DNA from: Candidatus Bipolaricaulia bacterium
Lineage (GTDB): Bacteria; Bipolaricaulota; Bipolaricaulia; JBHIAT01
NCBI GenBank assembly: GCA_046758705.1
Contig: JBHIAT010000008.1
Location: 1 to 43,782, forward strand
Reading direction: 5' to 3'
DNA length: 43,782 nt
The notes beneath the pieces were generated by a model. That model was given only the letters and a program-made list of their open reading frames with translations. It made no database searches and was not told where the DNA came from. The first letter of the stretch is position 1. Each line of letters starts with the position of its first letter. Positions 9,475 to 17,562 of this stretch are shown here, piece by piece. The position numbers were made by a program, and so were the translations under genes.

Positions 9475-10815
9475 GTGGAGCGCATGAAAGCCAAGGCTAA
9501 GCCACGGACTGGAGCAAAGTCGCTCGATCCGAAACAGATCCGAACGGACTTCCCGATCTTCGAGCGAAAAGTCCGAGGGAAACCGCTCGTCTACCTGGAC
9601 AACTCAGCCACGGCCCAGAAACCTCGCCAGGTGATCGATGCGATCCGGAACTACTACGAGCGGACCAATGCCAACGTCCACCGCGGAGTACACACGCTCA
9701 GCTATGAGGCGTCGGTCCTCTACGAGGAAGCCCACAAACAGGTCGCTCGATTCATCGGCGCGAACAGCTGGCGTGAGATCGTCTTCACTCGGAACGCCAC
9801 CGAGGCGATCAACCTGGTCGCCTATGCGTGGGGGATGAACCGGCTGCGGGAGGGCGACGAGGTCCTGATCACCATGATGGAACACCACTCCAACATCGTC
9901 CCGTGGCTGATGCTGCGCGATCGTCTCGGGATCACGCTCAAGTTCCTCGATATCGATGAACAGGGCCGTCTCAGACTGGATCAGCTTCCCGAGCTGCTCA
10001 ACGAGCGCACCAAGCTCGTCGGGGTGGCACATGCCTCCAACGTGCTGGGGACGATCAACCCGGTGAAACAGATCACCGCCGAGGCGCACCGGGTCGGGGC
10101 GAAGGTGTTGATCGACGCCGCTCAGTCCGTCCCGCACCTTCCCGTGGATGTCCGAGAGATCGGCTGCGACTTCCTGGCCGCCTCCGGCCACAAGATGCTG
10201 GGGCCTGCCGGGACCGGCTTCTTATATGCCCCGGAGCAACTGCTCGAGGCGATGGACCCGTTTCTCTATGGTGGGAACATGATCATAACAGTCACCACCG
10301 AAGGAGCGACCTGGAACGAACTCCCGTGGAAGTTTGAGGCAGGCACGCCCAACATCGCCGGAGGGATCGGCCTCGGCCCCGCGATCGATTATCTGGAGGC
10401 GCTGGGGATGGAGCGGATCGTCGCGCACGAAAAACGGCTCACCGACTACGCCCTAGAGCAATTGTCGTCGATCCCGGGACTCCGCGTCTACGGTCCGACG
10501 ACCAGCAACGATCGACTGGGGGTCATCTCGTTCAACCTTGAAGGCGTCTCCGCTGAGGCGCTGTCTTCGACGCTGGACGGTGAGGGAATCGTCGTCCAGC
10601 CGGTCCGACGTGGAGTCCATCCTCATGACCTCGCCGACATTCTTGACAGCGAAGGGATCGCTGTCCGCTCGGGCCACCACTGTGCCCAACCCCTGATGAA
10701 CAGGCTCGGCATGGGCAACAGCGCCCGAGCCAGTTTTTACCTCTACAACACCGAGGCGGAGGTCGATCGGCTCGTCGAGGCGATCGACAAGGCGAAACGG
10801 ATCTTCAAGGTTTGA
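9475..10815 (+). CDS. sufS: Cysteine desulfurase SufS (type II)
   Basis: YLDNSAT, MEHHSN, DAAQ, PLP lysine motif SGHKM, FEAGTP and catalytic RSGHHCAQP. Confidence 0.96.
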   Translation: MERMKAKAKPRTGAKSLDPKQIRTDFPIFERKVRGKPLVYLDNSATAQKPRQVIDAIRNYYERTNANVHRGVHTLSYEASVLYEEAHKQVARFIGANSWREIVFTRNATEAINLVAYAWGMNRLREGDEVLITMMEHHSNIVPWLMLRDRLGITLKFLDIDEQGRLRLDQLPELLNERTKLVGVAHASNVLGTINPVKQITAEAHRVGAKVLIDAAQSVPHLPVDVREIGCDFLAASGHKMLGPAGTGFLYAPEQLLEAMDPFLYGGNMIITVTTEGATWNELPWKFEAGTPNIAGGIGLGPAIDYLEALGMERIVAHEKRLTDYALEQLSSIPGLRVYGPTTSNDRLGVISFNLEGVSAEALSSTLDGEGIVVQPVRRGVHPHDLADILDSEGIAVRSGHHCAQPLMNRLGMGNSARASFYLYNTEAEVDRLVEAIDKAKRIFKV

Positions 10816-10840
10816 TTCCATCCATCTTCTGTGCTAAAAT
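10812..10840 (+). promoter_or_regulatory. Sigma70-type promoter upstream of the EF-G paralog
   Basis: TTGATT (10812-10817), 17 bp spacer, TGnTAAAAT (-10 at 10835-10840). Confidence 0.55.
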
Positions 10841-10888
10841 CGGGCTGGAAAAACGCTTTCTCAAGGCACTTCCGTCCAAATTCTAGAT

Positions 10889-12847
10889 GTGGAGCATGAG
10901 GTGATTCGGTTGAAGGCGATTTCGTTGGTGGGACATGCAGGCTGCGGTAAGACAACGCTCGCCAAGGCCCTGATCGCGAACAGCGGTGCGGCAAAGCCCG
11001 AGGAGATCGACCTCGACCCCTCCAAGGAGGAGAAGGGACGGGGGTACTCCATCGATCTGGCCGTCGGTTCGCTCGACAGGGGGGGGGAAAGGATCCACCT
11101 CCTGGACACCCCCGGCTCCCCGGAGTTGGTCGAGGAGATCCACAAGGCGGTGGGGGTCGCGGAGGTATCCGTCCTGGTCCTGAACGCTGAGAAAGGGGTC
11201 GAGGTCCAGACGGAAAAGGCGTGGGAGATCATCGGGACCCAACCGGCGTTCGCGTTCATCAACCGCATGGATGCCGAGAACGCAAACTTCGAGGCAGCCC
11301 TCGATGCCCTGAGGGAACTGGACGAGCGTTTCACCCCTATTCAGATACCTATCGGAGCGGACGGCGCTTGGGTGGGCAATTTCGATCTGATCACGAACAA
11401 GGCGTTCGACTTCAACACTGGCAAGGTGGAGATCTCGGCGGAACTGGAGGAACGGATCGCGAACGACCGGGAGGCACTTTTGGAGCGTCTCGCGGAGTCC
11501 GATGACGAGTTGATGATGAAGTTCCTCGAGGAGGAGGAGATCACGGTCGAAGAGATCGAGGCTGCGTTGCGGGTGGGGATAAGGTCGGGGGGGCTGAGGC
11601 CGGTGCTGCTCGGGTCCGCCCTAAACGACCTGGGGATCGACCTCCTGCTCGACCGACTGACCTCACTCACCCCATCCTTCGAGACTGCCGAGGGAGATGG
11701 CTTCAACGCACTCGTCTTCAATGTGATCTCCGATCCCTACCTCGGCGTCATGGACTTTATCAAGGTACAGCGCGGAACGATCCAGGAGGGAAGCACCGTC
11801 CACAACATCTCGACCGGCAAGAAGGGGACGGTCCGGGACATCTACCGGTTCCTGGGGGGGAAGCAGACCAAAGTGAAGCAGGCCGAGGCCGGGGAGATCG
11901 TGGGGTTAGCGAAGCTCGAGAGGCTGTCGCTGGGAGACACGCTCGCCGCCCAGCCCAATATCCCCCCGTGTCAGTTCGTCGATTTCCCCAATCCGATCTT
12001 CTTCAGGGCGATCAAACCCGAGACCCAGGCGGATGAGGAGAAGATGAGCACCGCGTTAAAGGAACTGGTCGCAACCAAGGCAACGATCGACTTCTACCGG
12101 GACGAGATTACCCAGGAGACGATCCTGGCGGGGATGGGTGACACCCACCTCGATATCATCACCGAGCGACTCAAGAACCGCTACAACGTCTCGATCCAGA
12201 TGAAGATCCCCAAGGTCCCCTACAAGGAGACGATCCAGCGGACCGCGACCGGCCAGTATCGGCACAAGAAGCAGACCGGCGGGCGCGGACAATACGGGGA
12301 GGTCTTTCTGCGTGTCGAACCGATGTCGCGAGGAGAGGGTTTCGAGTTCGTCGATGCGATCAGGGGAGGTGTGATCCCGAATCAGTTCATCCCCGGTGTC
12401 GAGAAAGGGGTGGTGGAGGCAATGGCTGAGGGGGTGCTTGCCGGCTATCCGATGACCGACGTCCGGGTCGCCGTTTACGACGGTAGTTACCACTCCGTCG
12501 ACTCCTCCGAAATCGCGTTCAAGATCGCTGCCTCCAGGGCACTCAAACTGGCCACCCAGCAGGCCTCACCCGTCCTGCTCGAGCCGATCATGAAGCTGAC
12601 AGTCTGGGTGCCGGAAGCGTTCACTGGCGACATCATGAAGGACGTGACCGGGAAGCGGGGTCGCATCCTGGGGATGGACGAACAGACGATCGAGGCCGAG
12701 GTGCCACTGGCCGAGTTCCAGAACTACATCCTGGAGCTCAAGTCGATGACTCAAGGTCGCGCCACATTCCAGATGGAGTACCTCAAGCATCAGACCGTCC
12801 CTGCGGAGCTCACCGAGAACCTGCTCGCCCGGGAACAGCAGAAGTAG
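10889..12847 (+). CDS. Elongation factor G paralog (EF-G2-like)
   Basis: G motifs GHAGCGKTT, DTPGS, NRMD; domain III-V motifs GMGDTHL, PKVPYKETI, KKQTGGRGQYG, YHSVDSSE, LLEPIM. It lies outside the str operon and has degenerate G2/G3 motifs. Confidence 0.9.
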   Translation: MEHEVIRLKAISLVGHAGCGKTTLAKALIANSGAAKPEEIDLDPSKEEKGRGYSIDLAVGSLDRGGERIHLLDTPGSPELVEEIHKAVGVAEVSVLVLNAEKGVEVQTEKAWEIIGTQPAFAFINRMDAENANFEAALDALRELDERFTPIQIPIGADGAWVGNFDLITNKAFDFNTGKVEISAELEERIANDREALLERLAESDDELMMKFLEEEEITVEEIEAALRVGIRSGGLRPVLLGSALNDLGIDLLLDRLTSLTPSFETAEGDGFNALVFNVISDPYLGVMDFIKVQRGTIQEGSTVHNISTGKKGTVRDIYRFLGGKQTKVKQAEAGEIVGLAKLERLSLGDTLAAQPNIPPCQFVDFPNPIFFRAIKPETQADEEKMSTALKELVATKATIDFYRDEITQETILAGMGDTHLDIITERLKNRYNVSIQMKIPKVPYKETIQRTATGQYRHKKQTGGRGQYGEVFLRVEPMSRGEGFEFVDAIRGGVIPNQFIPGVEKGVVEAMAEGVLAGYPMTDVRVAVYDGSYHSVDSSEIAFKIAASRALKLATQQASPVLLEPIMKLTVWVPEAFTGDIMKDVTGKRGRILGMDEQTIEAEVPLAEFQNYILELKSMTQGRATFQMEYLKHQTVPAELTENLLAREQQK

Positions 12848-12896
12848 AGGTGGGTGTAGACCAAAGCAACAAAGTCGGCGGAACAGGGGGCAACCG

Positions 12897-13493
12897 ATGC
12901 AGGTTCGGGATTACATGCGGACGGATCCGGTGGCTGTGACCTGGAACAACCCGGTTCAGCGGGCGAAGGAACTCATGGACGAACACCGGCTTGGGGTCCT
13001 GTTGGTGACCGATGAGGATGGGGTGTTGGCGGGTTTTCTGACTCGCAGGAGTGTCACCAAGCTGACGGCTGAGGGCCAGCAGGAGGCCCTGGATCGACCG
13101 ATCCAGGAGGTGGTCTCGTCACACCAGGTGTCCGTCGAGGTCACGGACCCGATCGAGAAGGCCGCGCTCCTGATTCAGGAGCATGGTCTCATTGTCCTGC
13201 CGATCCTCGATGCGGGAAAGTTGGTCGGTATCCTCACCCAATCCGATATCTCCCGAGCGTTCGCCGAGATGATCGGGATCAGGGAGGGGGGAACCCGGAT
13301 CACCATCAAGCTGAGGTCGCCGGAAGACCTCTACCAGGTAACCCGTGTGTTTGAAATCTTCGGGGTGGAGATCATCAGCATCACCCGGGACGGCAACGAC
13401 GCCGATTTCAATCGGGTCACGATCCGGGCCAAGGGCATCCAAGACGAAGATAAACAACCCCTCAAGGAGCAACTCGAGGAGGTGCTACAATGA
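12897..13493 (+). CDS. CBS-pair plus ACT domain protein (AcuB-like)
   Basis: Two CBS repeats (VRDYM...LAGFLT; LPILDAGKLVGILTQSDI) followed by an ACT-like GGTRITI segment. Confidence 0.85.
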   Translation: MQVRDYMRTDPVAVTWNNPVQRAKELMDEHRLGVLLVTDEDGVLAGFLTRRSVTKLTAEGQQEALDRPIQEVVSSHQVSVEVTDPIEKAALLIQEHGLIVLPILDAGKLVGILTQSDISRAFAEMIGIREGGTRITIKLRSPEDLYQVTRVFEIFGVEIISITRDGNDADFNRVTIRAKGIQDEDKQPLKEQLEEVLQ

Positions 13494-13888
13494 GGACGAT
13501 CGAGGTGACCACCCGGACCCAATGGGAGCTGGTCGATATCACCCGCCAGGTGCAAACCGTGGTGGCGGAGGCGGAGGTTCGCGACGGGGTCTGTGATCTG
13601 TTCATGCCCCATACCACGGCGGGGATCACCATCAATGAGAACGCCGATCCCAACGTAGCCGTCGATATTTTGAACTGGTTGAACGAACTCGTCCCCGAGG
13701 ACCGGGCCTATGCCCATCGGGAGGGGAACGCCCCGGCTCACGTCAAGGCGAGCCTGATGGGCCAGTCGGTCCGCATCTTCATCTCAAACGGAGCGCTCTC
13801 GCTGGGGACGTGGCAGGGGGTGTTCTTCTGCGAGTTCGACGGGCCCCGGCGACGAAACGTGTGGGTCTCGATCCGGGAAGCGACTTGA
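13490..13888 (+). CDS. yjbQ: YjbQ/UPF0047 family protein
   Basis: PHTTAGITINENADP, HREGNAPAHVKASL and LGTWQGVFFCEFDGPR signatures. Confidence 0.93.
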   Translation: MRTIEVTTRTQWELVDITRQVQTVVAEAEVRDGVCDLFMPHTTAGITINENADPNVAVDILNWLNELVPEDRAYAHREGNAPAHVKASLMGQSVRIFISNGALSLGTWQGVFFCEFDGPRRRNVWVSIREAT

Positions 13889-14049
13889 AGTTGTCTGAAG
13901 CTTCAGGCTAAGCGATAAAGCAAATTAGCAACCGAATTTAAGGAGAGCCAAGCGAACCAAAACGATGGGATGCTGTGGATCTCCTCCAGTTGCGTTCCGT
14001 AGACCGCCTCCCCCTTAAGGATCACGATTCTTCAACATGATTAAGTCAA

Positions 14050-14083
14050 GGGGTCCTCAGGATTCATCCATGGGGAGGAATCG
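14050..14083. mobile_element. Possible IS200/IS605-type end-hairpin remnant
   Basis: The minus strand reads GATTCCTCCCCATGGATGAATCCTGAGGACCCC, resembling the TTCCTCCCC...GGGG imperfect hairpins at IS200/IS605 ends. No intact transposase is nearby. Confidence 0.35.
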
Positions 14084-14086
14084 GCC

Positions 14087-14116
14087 TTGACACCTCTACG
14101 TGTTCATTGGTATAAT
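14087..14116 (+). promoter_or_regulatory. Consensus sigma70 promoter at the head of the cassette array (Pc-like)
   Basis: TTGACA (14087-14092), 18 bp spacer, TGnTATAAT (-10 at 14111-14116). Confidence 0.8.
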
Positions 14117-14123
14117 TGAAATC

Positions 14124-15275
14124 GTGAAACACGTAAAATTGGCCAAGAGAAACTACCCCCGAAATGCACCGTGTTGGTGCGGCTCGGGAAAGAAGTACAA
14201 ACACTGCCATCTAAGCAGAGAAGAGCAAGAGCCCGTAAACCCGTGGGATGCAGTAAAACGACAGCGGCAGGCTTTCTCCTGGCGAGCATGCCTTCACCCT
14301 CAGGCGAGCCCCGGTACGTGCTCCGGTCAGATTGTCCGGGCACACACGGTCCGCCGTTCCGCAGACCTACTGCGCATTGCCAGGCAGGGTCACGTCTATC
14401 ATGTCAGTACAGATTTCAAGATGCTTCAGGCTAGTGGTGGCATCCTTGAACCCAGGCTTGTTGGGATCAACCAAGCGTCCACCTTTTGGGGCTTCTGCGC
14501 GGGCCACGATTCGGAGACATTTGCCCCACTCGAAGCGCAAACGTTCAGAGGAGACGCTGAACAGTGTTTCCTCCTTGCATACCGGCCGCACGTGAAAGAA
14601 CTGTACCTGAAGGAGTGTACAAAGGCTTCCTTACCCATATATCGGGAGGCAGATAAGGGAAAGCCAATCTGGCACCAAATAATGATCCAGGAGTTCGCAG
14701 AAGCATTTGAATTAGGTATCCAGAGTGCCATTGAAGATCTAGGAAGCCACAAGCAAGCGTATGATGCAGATCTCCTGTCAAAGGATTTCAGCCACATTCG
14801 AGCCATAGCCATCCATCTCGATCGGAGCCCCGAGATTATGTGTAGTGGTATTATGCAACCTCACTTCGATTTCTTGGGGAACCAATTGCAAGACCTAGCC
14901 GATCTGGACGAGCGACTGGACATGCTGACGATGTCACTCATCGCTAATGAAGAGCATGGGGCTGCTGTATTCGCATGGAGAAACGATAGCGATCGTTCAT
15001 GTCGAGCCCTGATAGAGACGCTCCTTGAAATGAAAATTGAGGCAATACCTTACGCATTGGTTCGGTTTGCATTTGATTCATTTGAAAACCTCTACATGGC
15101 ACCTGACTGGTGGGAAAATTTGTCTCCCGAAGCCCAAGGTTCTCTACAGCAACGCATGATGGCTGGACTGCCCAACACCCCAACCTCACTGGACGGGCTT
15201 CTGGACGATGGACTACGACTCGTGCAGTGGAAGGTAACGGAAATTCAATCGGTTAACGTTGATATTTCTGTCTAA
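14124..15275 (+). CDS. SEC-C (zinc-binding) domain protein, gene cassette
   Basis: RNAPCWCGSGKKYKHCH SEC-C motif, plus further Cys/His motifs (CLHP...CSGQIVRAH, FCAGHD). GTG at 14124 is the first in-frame start downstream of the promoter. Confidence 0.82.
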   Translation: MKHVKLAKRNYPRNAPCWCGSGKKYKHCHLSREEQEPVNPWDAVKRQRQAFSWRACLHPQASPGTCSGQIVRAHTVRRSADLLRIARQGHVYHVSTDFKMLQASGGILEPRLVGINQASTFWGFCAGHDSETFAPLEAQTFRGDAEQCFLLAYRPHVKELYLKECTKASLPIYREADKGKPIWHQIMIQEFAEAFELGIQSAIEDLGSHKQAYDADLLSKDFSHIRAIAIHLDRSPEIMCSGIMQPHFDFLGNQLQDLADLDERLDMLTMSLIANEEHGAAVFAWRNDSDRSCRALIETLLEMKIEAIPYALVRFAFDSFENLYMAPDWWENLSPEAQGSLQQRMMAGLPNTPTSLDGLLDDGLRLVQWKVTEIQSVNVDISV

Positions 15276-15336
15276 TTAGCGGTTCGAGCAGGACGTGGCG
15301 AACAAGTCGCCACACCTCTCAACCGCGCCGTTAGGC
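15270..15336 (+). repeat. attC site 1
   Basis: R'' GTCTAAT (degenerate), L'' GCGGTTCGAG pairing with L' CTCAACCGC with one extrahelical base, central GTGGCGA/TCGCCAC stem, R' GTTAGGC. Confidence 0.88.
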
Positions 15337-15378
15337 AGCACTCGCCAGGAAAAACGAGATATCTGAGGTGGATGTGGA

Positions 15379-16695
15379 ATGGCAAGAAAAGGGCGCGATC
15401 TCGAGAAGCTAGTGGCGCTTCTTGAAGAACGTTTGGGACCACAAGGTATTGAGGTTACATCACCTGACTACATCCGTGGGAAGGAGTCAAAGTCACGCCG
15501 CGAAGTAGATGTCTCGCTTCGCGGTAGGGTAGGCTCTGCCTCTATTCTGGTGATCGTGGAGTGCCGAGATCGCCAAGAAGACGAAGATGTGACCTGGATA
15601 GAGCAACTTGCCTATAAGGCTAAAGACGTTGGTGCGAGCAAGGTTATGGCTGTGTCTTCAGAGGGCTTTACCTCTGGTGCAATTAACCGGGCAGAGGCCA
15701 ATAGTATCGAGTTACGTACGCTGAAGGAAGTTGACCCTGACGAGATTCTACTCTGGTTCGGTGTCCAGGAAATCGTGGGGTTTAAACATTGTGTTGATTT
15801 CACGCATGTGTCCATTCTTCTAGCTGCACCAGATGATTCTACAGTGGAACTCCCCCCCGAAGTCCTAGAGATGTTTGAACCGCCTTTCGATATTCATGCG
15901 AAGGTTTTCCGGAGAAAGAAAGATGGTAGTCAGGCGTCGCTTTGGGACATTTGGACGAGCGTCTCACGTGATGAAGTGTATTCCGATATAGTACCCGGCG
16001 ACCCCAAAGCAAAGAGGCATGTTCGTCTCGTCTTCCCGAACAAGCAGGATCGCTTCCAGCTAGCCACTACAGCCGGAGTCCTAGACATTGCATACGTCGA
16101 CATTAGTGCGAAGCTCTGGATTGAGGTTGAGAAACACCCCTTGACTACCGTTTGCCTTTATCGCGATGACACGGAGACCATTGTCCGCACCGCCGAATTC
16201 AAGTTCGAGGCAATGGGTAGAGAACTGACACTTGGTCTCCACCAGCTTCCGGACTCTGGCGAGCAATTTGTGTCAATACGGGCAACGGACGAAGAAAGCA
16301 TCAACTTCAACCTGGTGCTTGTATCTATCAACGAGATGATCCGCGCGCGCTTGATAGAAGCTGCGCGAGCAGGTCAGACGATCACCTATAGTGAGATTGC
16401 TTCGATGTTGACGGATTCTCATCTAGATGTTGAGCCTGACTTAGACCTAATTGAAAGAGTTCTGATGACCGTCTCAAGAGAGGAACATAATGAGGGTAGA
16501 CCTTTGCTTTCAGCGGTGGTGGTGCTACCTGAAAGCGAATGTCCGGGCGAGAGGTTCTTCGCGCTTGCACAAGAACTCGGCGCTTATGACGGCGTTGATG
16601 ATTCGAGGTTCTTTTCACAAGAGTTACAGCGCGTGTATGAGTATTGGCAACGCACTGAAGAGGCGTCCATTGCCAATCATCTGGCGAACAATTGA
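15379..16695 (+). CDS. Mrr-like PD-(D/E)XK restriction endonuclease domain fused to a C-terminal winged-helix-like domain, gene cassette
   Basis: GRDLEKLV...REVDV...IVECRD...VSSEGFTSGA catalytic pattern; C-terminal LIEAARAGQTITYSEIA...PLLSAVVV...PGERFF domain. Confidence 0.78.
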   Translation: MARKGRDLEKLVALLEERLGPQGIEVTSPDYIRGKESKSRREVDVSLRGRVGSASILVIVECRDRQEDEDVTWIEQLAYKAKDVGASKVMAVSSEGFTSGAINRAEANSIELRTLKEVDPDEILLWFGVQEIVGFKHCVDFTHVSILLAAPDDSTVELPPEVLEMFEPPFDIHAKVFRRKKDGSQASLWDIWTSVSRDEVYSDIVPGDPKAKRHVRLVFPNKQDRFQLATTAGVLDIAYVDISAKLWIEVEKHPLTTVCLYRDDTETIVRTAEFKFEAMGRELTLGLHQLPDSGEQFVSIRATDEESINFNLVLVSINEMIRARLIEAARAGQTITYSEIASMLTDSHLDVEPDLDLIERVLMTVSREEHNEGRPLLSAVVVLPESECPGERFFALAQELGAYDGVDDSRFFSQELQRVYEYWQRTEEASIANHLANN

Positions 16696-16749
16696 ACGAA
16701 TCAATCAGGGTGATCTGACGGACGGTCGGCACCTACAGAGGCTCGTGTT

Positions 16750-16839
16750 GCCTAACCGCTCGTTGGAGCGAACGCAGGATGCGCACGCCATCATGGCCGA
16801 AGTTGCGATCCTGCACTGCTCAGCTCGCAACCGTTATCG
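16750..16839 (+). repeat. attC site 2
   Basis: R'' GCCTAAC, L'' TCGTTGGAGC, GCAGGAT/ATCCTGC stem, L' GCTCAGCTC, R' GTTATCG. GTGTTGCCTAAC (16745-16756) complements the cassette start GTTAGGCAGCAC (15330-15341) at 11/12 positions. Confidence 0.88.
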
Positions 16840-16869
16840 TAGCGCCAAGTGATTGCTCCAGGTCGAACA

Positions 16870-16904
16870 TTGACTGAAGGCCAGACTCCGGCTAGAATCT
16901 AGCC
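16870..16904 (+). promoter_or_regulatory. TA cassette promoter with overlapping operator palindrome
   Basis: TTGACT (16870-16875), 17 bp spacer, TAGAAT (16893-16898); perfect inverted repeat GGCTAGA-A-TCTAGCC (16890-16904). Confidence 0.75.
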
Positions 16905-16907
16905 AGA

Positions 16908-17201
16908 ATGAGATACGAGATCATCCTCGCGCCTGAAACCGTCGAGGATCTGAAGCACCTGTCAGCGAGGGATCGTTCCATCGTGCGCGACGTGATCGAA
17001 AAGCATCTCAGGTGCGAGCCGGAGAAGGTGAGTCGAGCCCGAATCAAGTGTCTCCGAGGGTTAACCAAGCCTCAGTACCGCCTGCGAGTTGGCGAGTTTC
17101 GGGTATTCTACGATGTGGTCGAAGACCAAGTTGAGGTATTGGCGATAGTGCCGAAATCCAAGGCAGCCAACTGGCTGGAGGAAAAGGGGGAAGCGAAATG
17201 A
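16908..17201 (+). CDS. RelE/ParE-family type II toxin
   Basis: 97 aa; MRYEIILAPETVEDLKHL...IKCLRG...YRLRVGEFRVFYDV pattern. Confidence 0.9.
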   Translation: MRYEIILAPETVEDLKHLSARDRSIVRDVIEKHLRCEPEKVSRARIKCLRGLTKPQYRLRVGEFRVFYDVVEDQVEVLAIVPKSKAANWLEEKGEAK

Positions 17202-17443
17202 AACGAGTGGCTCTTTCCGAGGTCAAAGATCAGTTGTCGAAATACTTGCGGCTGGCGGCGAAGGAAGAGATCGTCATTACCCGCCATGGCAAACCGGTGG
17301 GGGTGCTCATAGGCTTTGAGTCGGAGGAGGATTGGTTTGACTACCGGTTGGAGAACGATCCGCGGTTCTTAGCGAGGATCACCAACGCGAGGGAGAGCCT
17401 ACAAGCTGGCAAAGGTATGCGGATCGAGGATGTACCCGAATAG
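17198..17443 (+). CDS. Phd/YefM-family antitoxin
   Basis: VALSEVKDQLSKYL...EEIVITRHGKPVGVL; ATGA overlap with the toxin gene. Confidence 0.92.
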   Translation: MKRVALSEVKDQLSKYLRLAAKEEIVITRHGKPVGVLIGFESEEDWFDYRLENDPRFLARITNARESLQAGKGMRIEDVPE

Positions 17444-17472
17444 AGCTTCCCGAAGTTGACATGCATGCGTCC

Positions 17473-17535
17473 GCTTAACCCCTCGCTGGAGCGGACCTGT
17501 GCTACCGTGGGCCGCTCAGTTCGCGATCGTTATGC
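17473..17535 (+). repeat. attC site 3
   Basis: R'' GCTTAAC, L'' GCTGGAGCGG pairing with L' CCGCTCAGT, R' GTTATGC. Confidence 0.87.
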
Positions 17536-17562
17536 GGCTTTGACTGTTGAGGAGGTATAACG

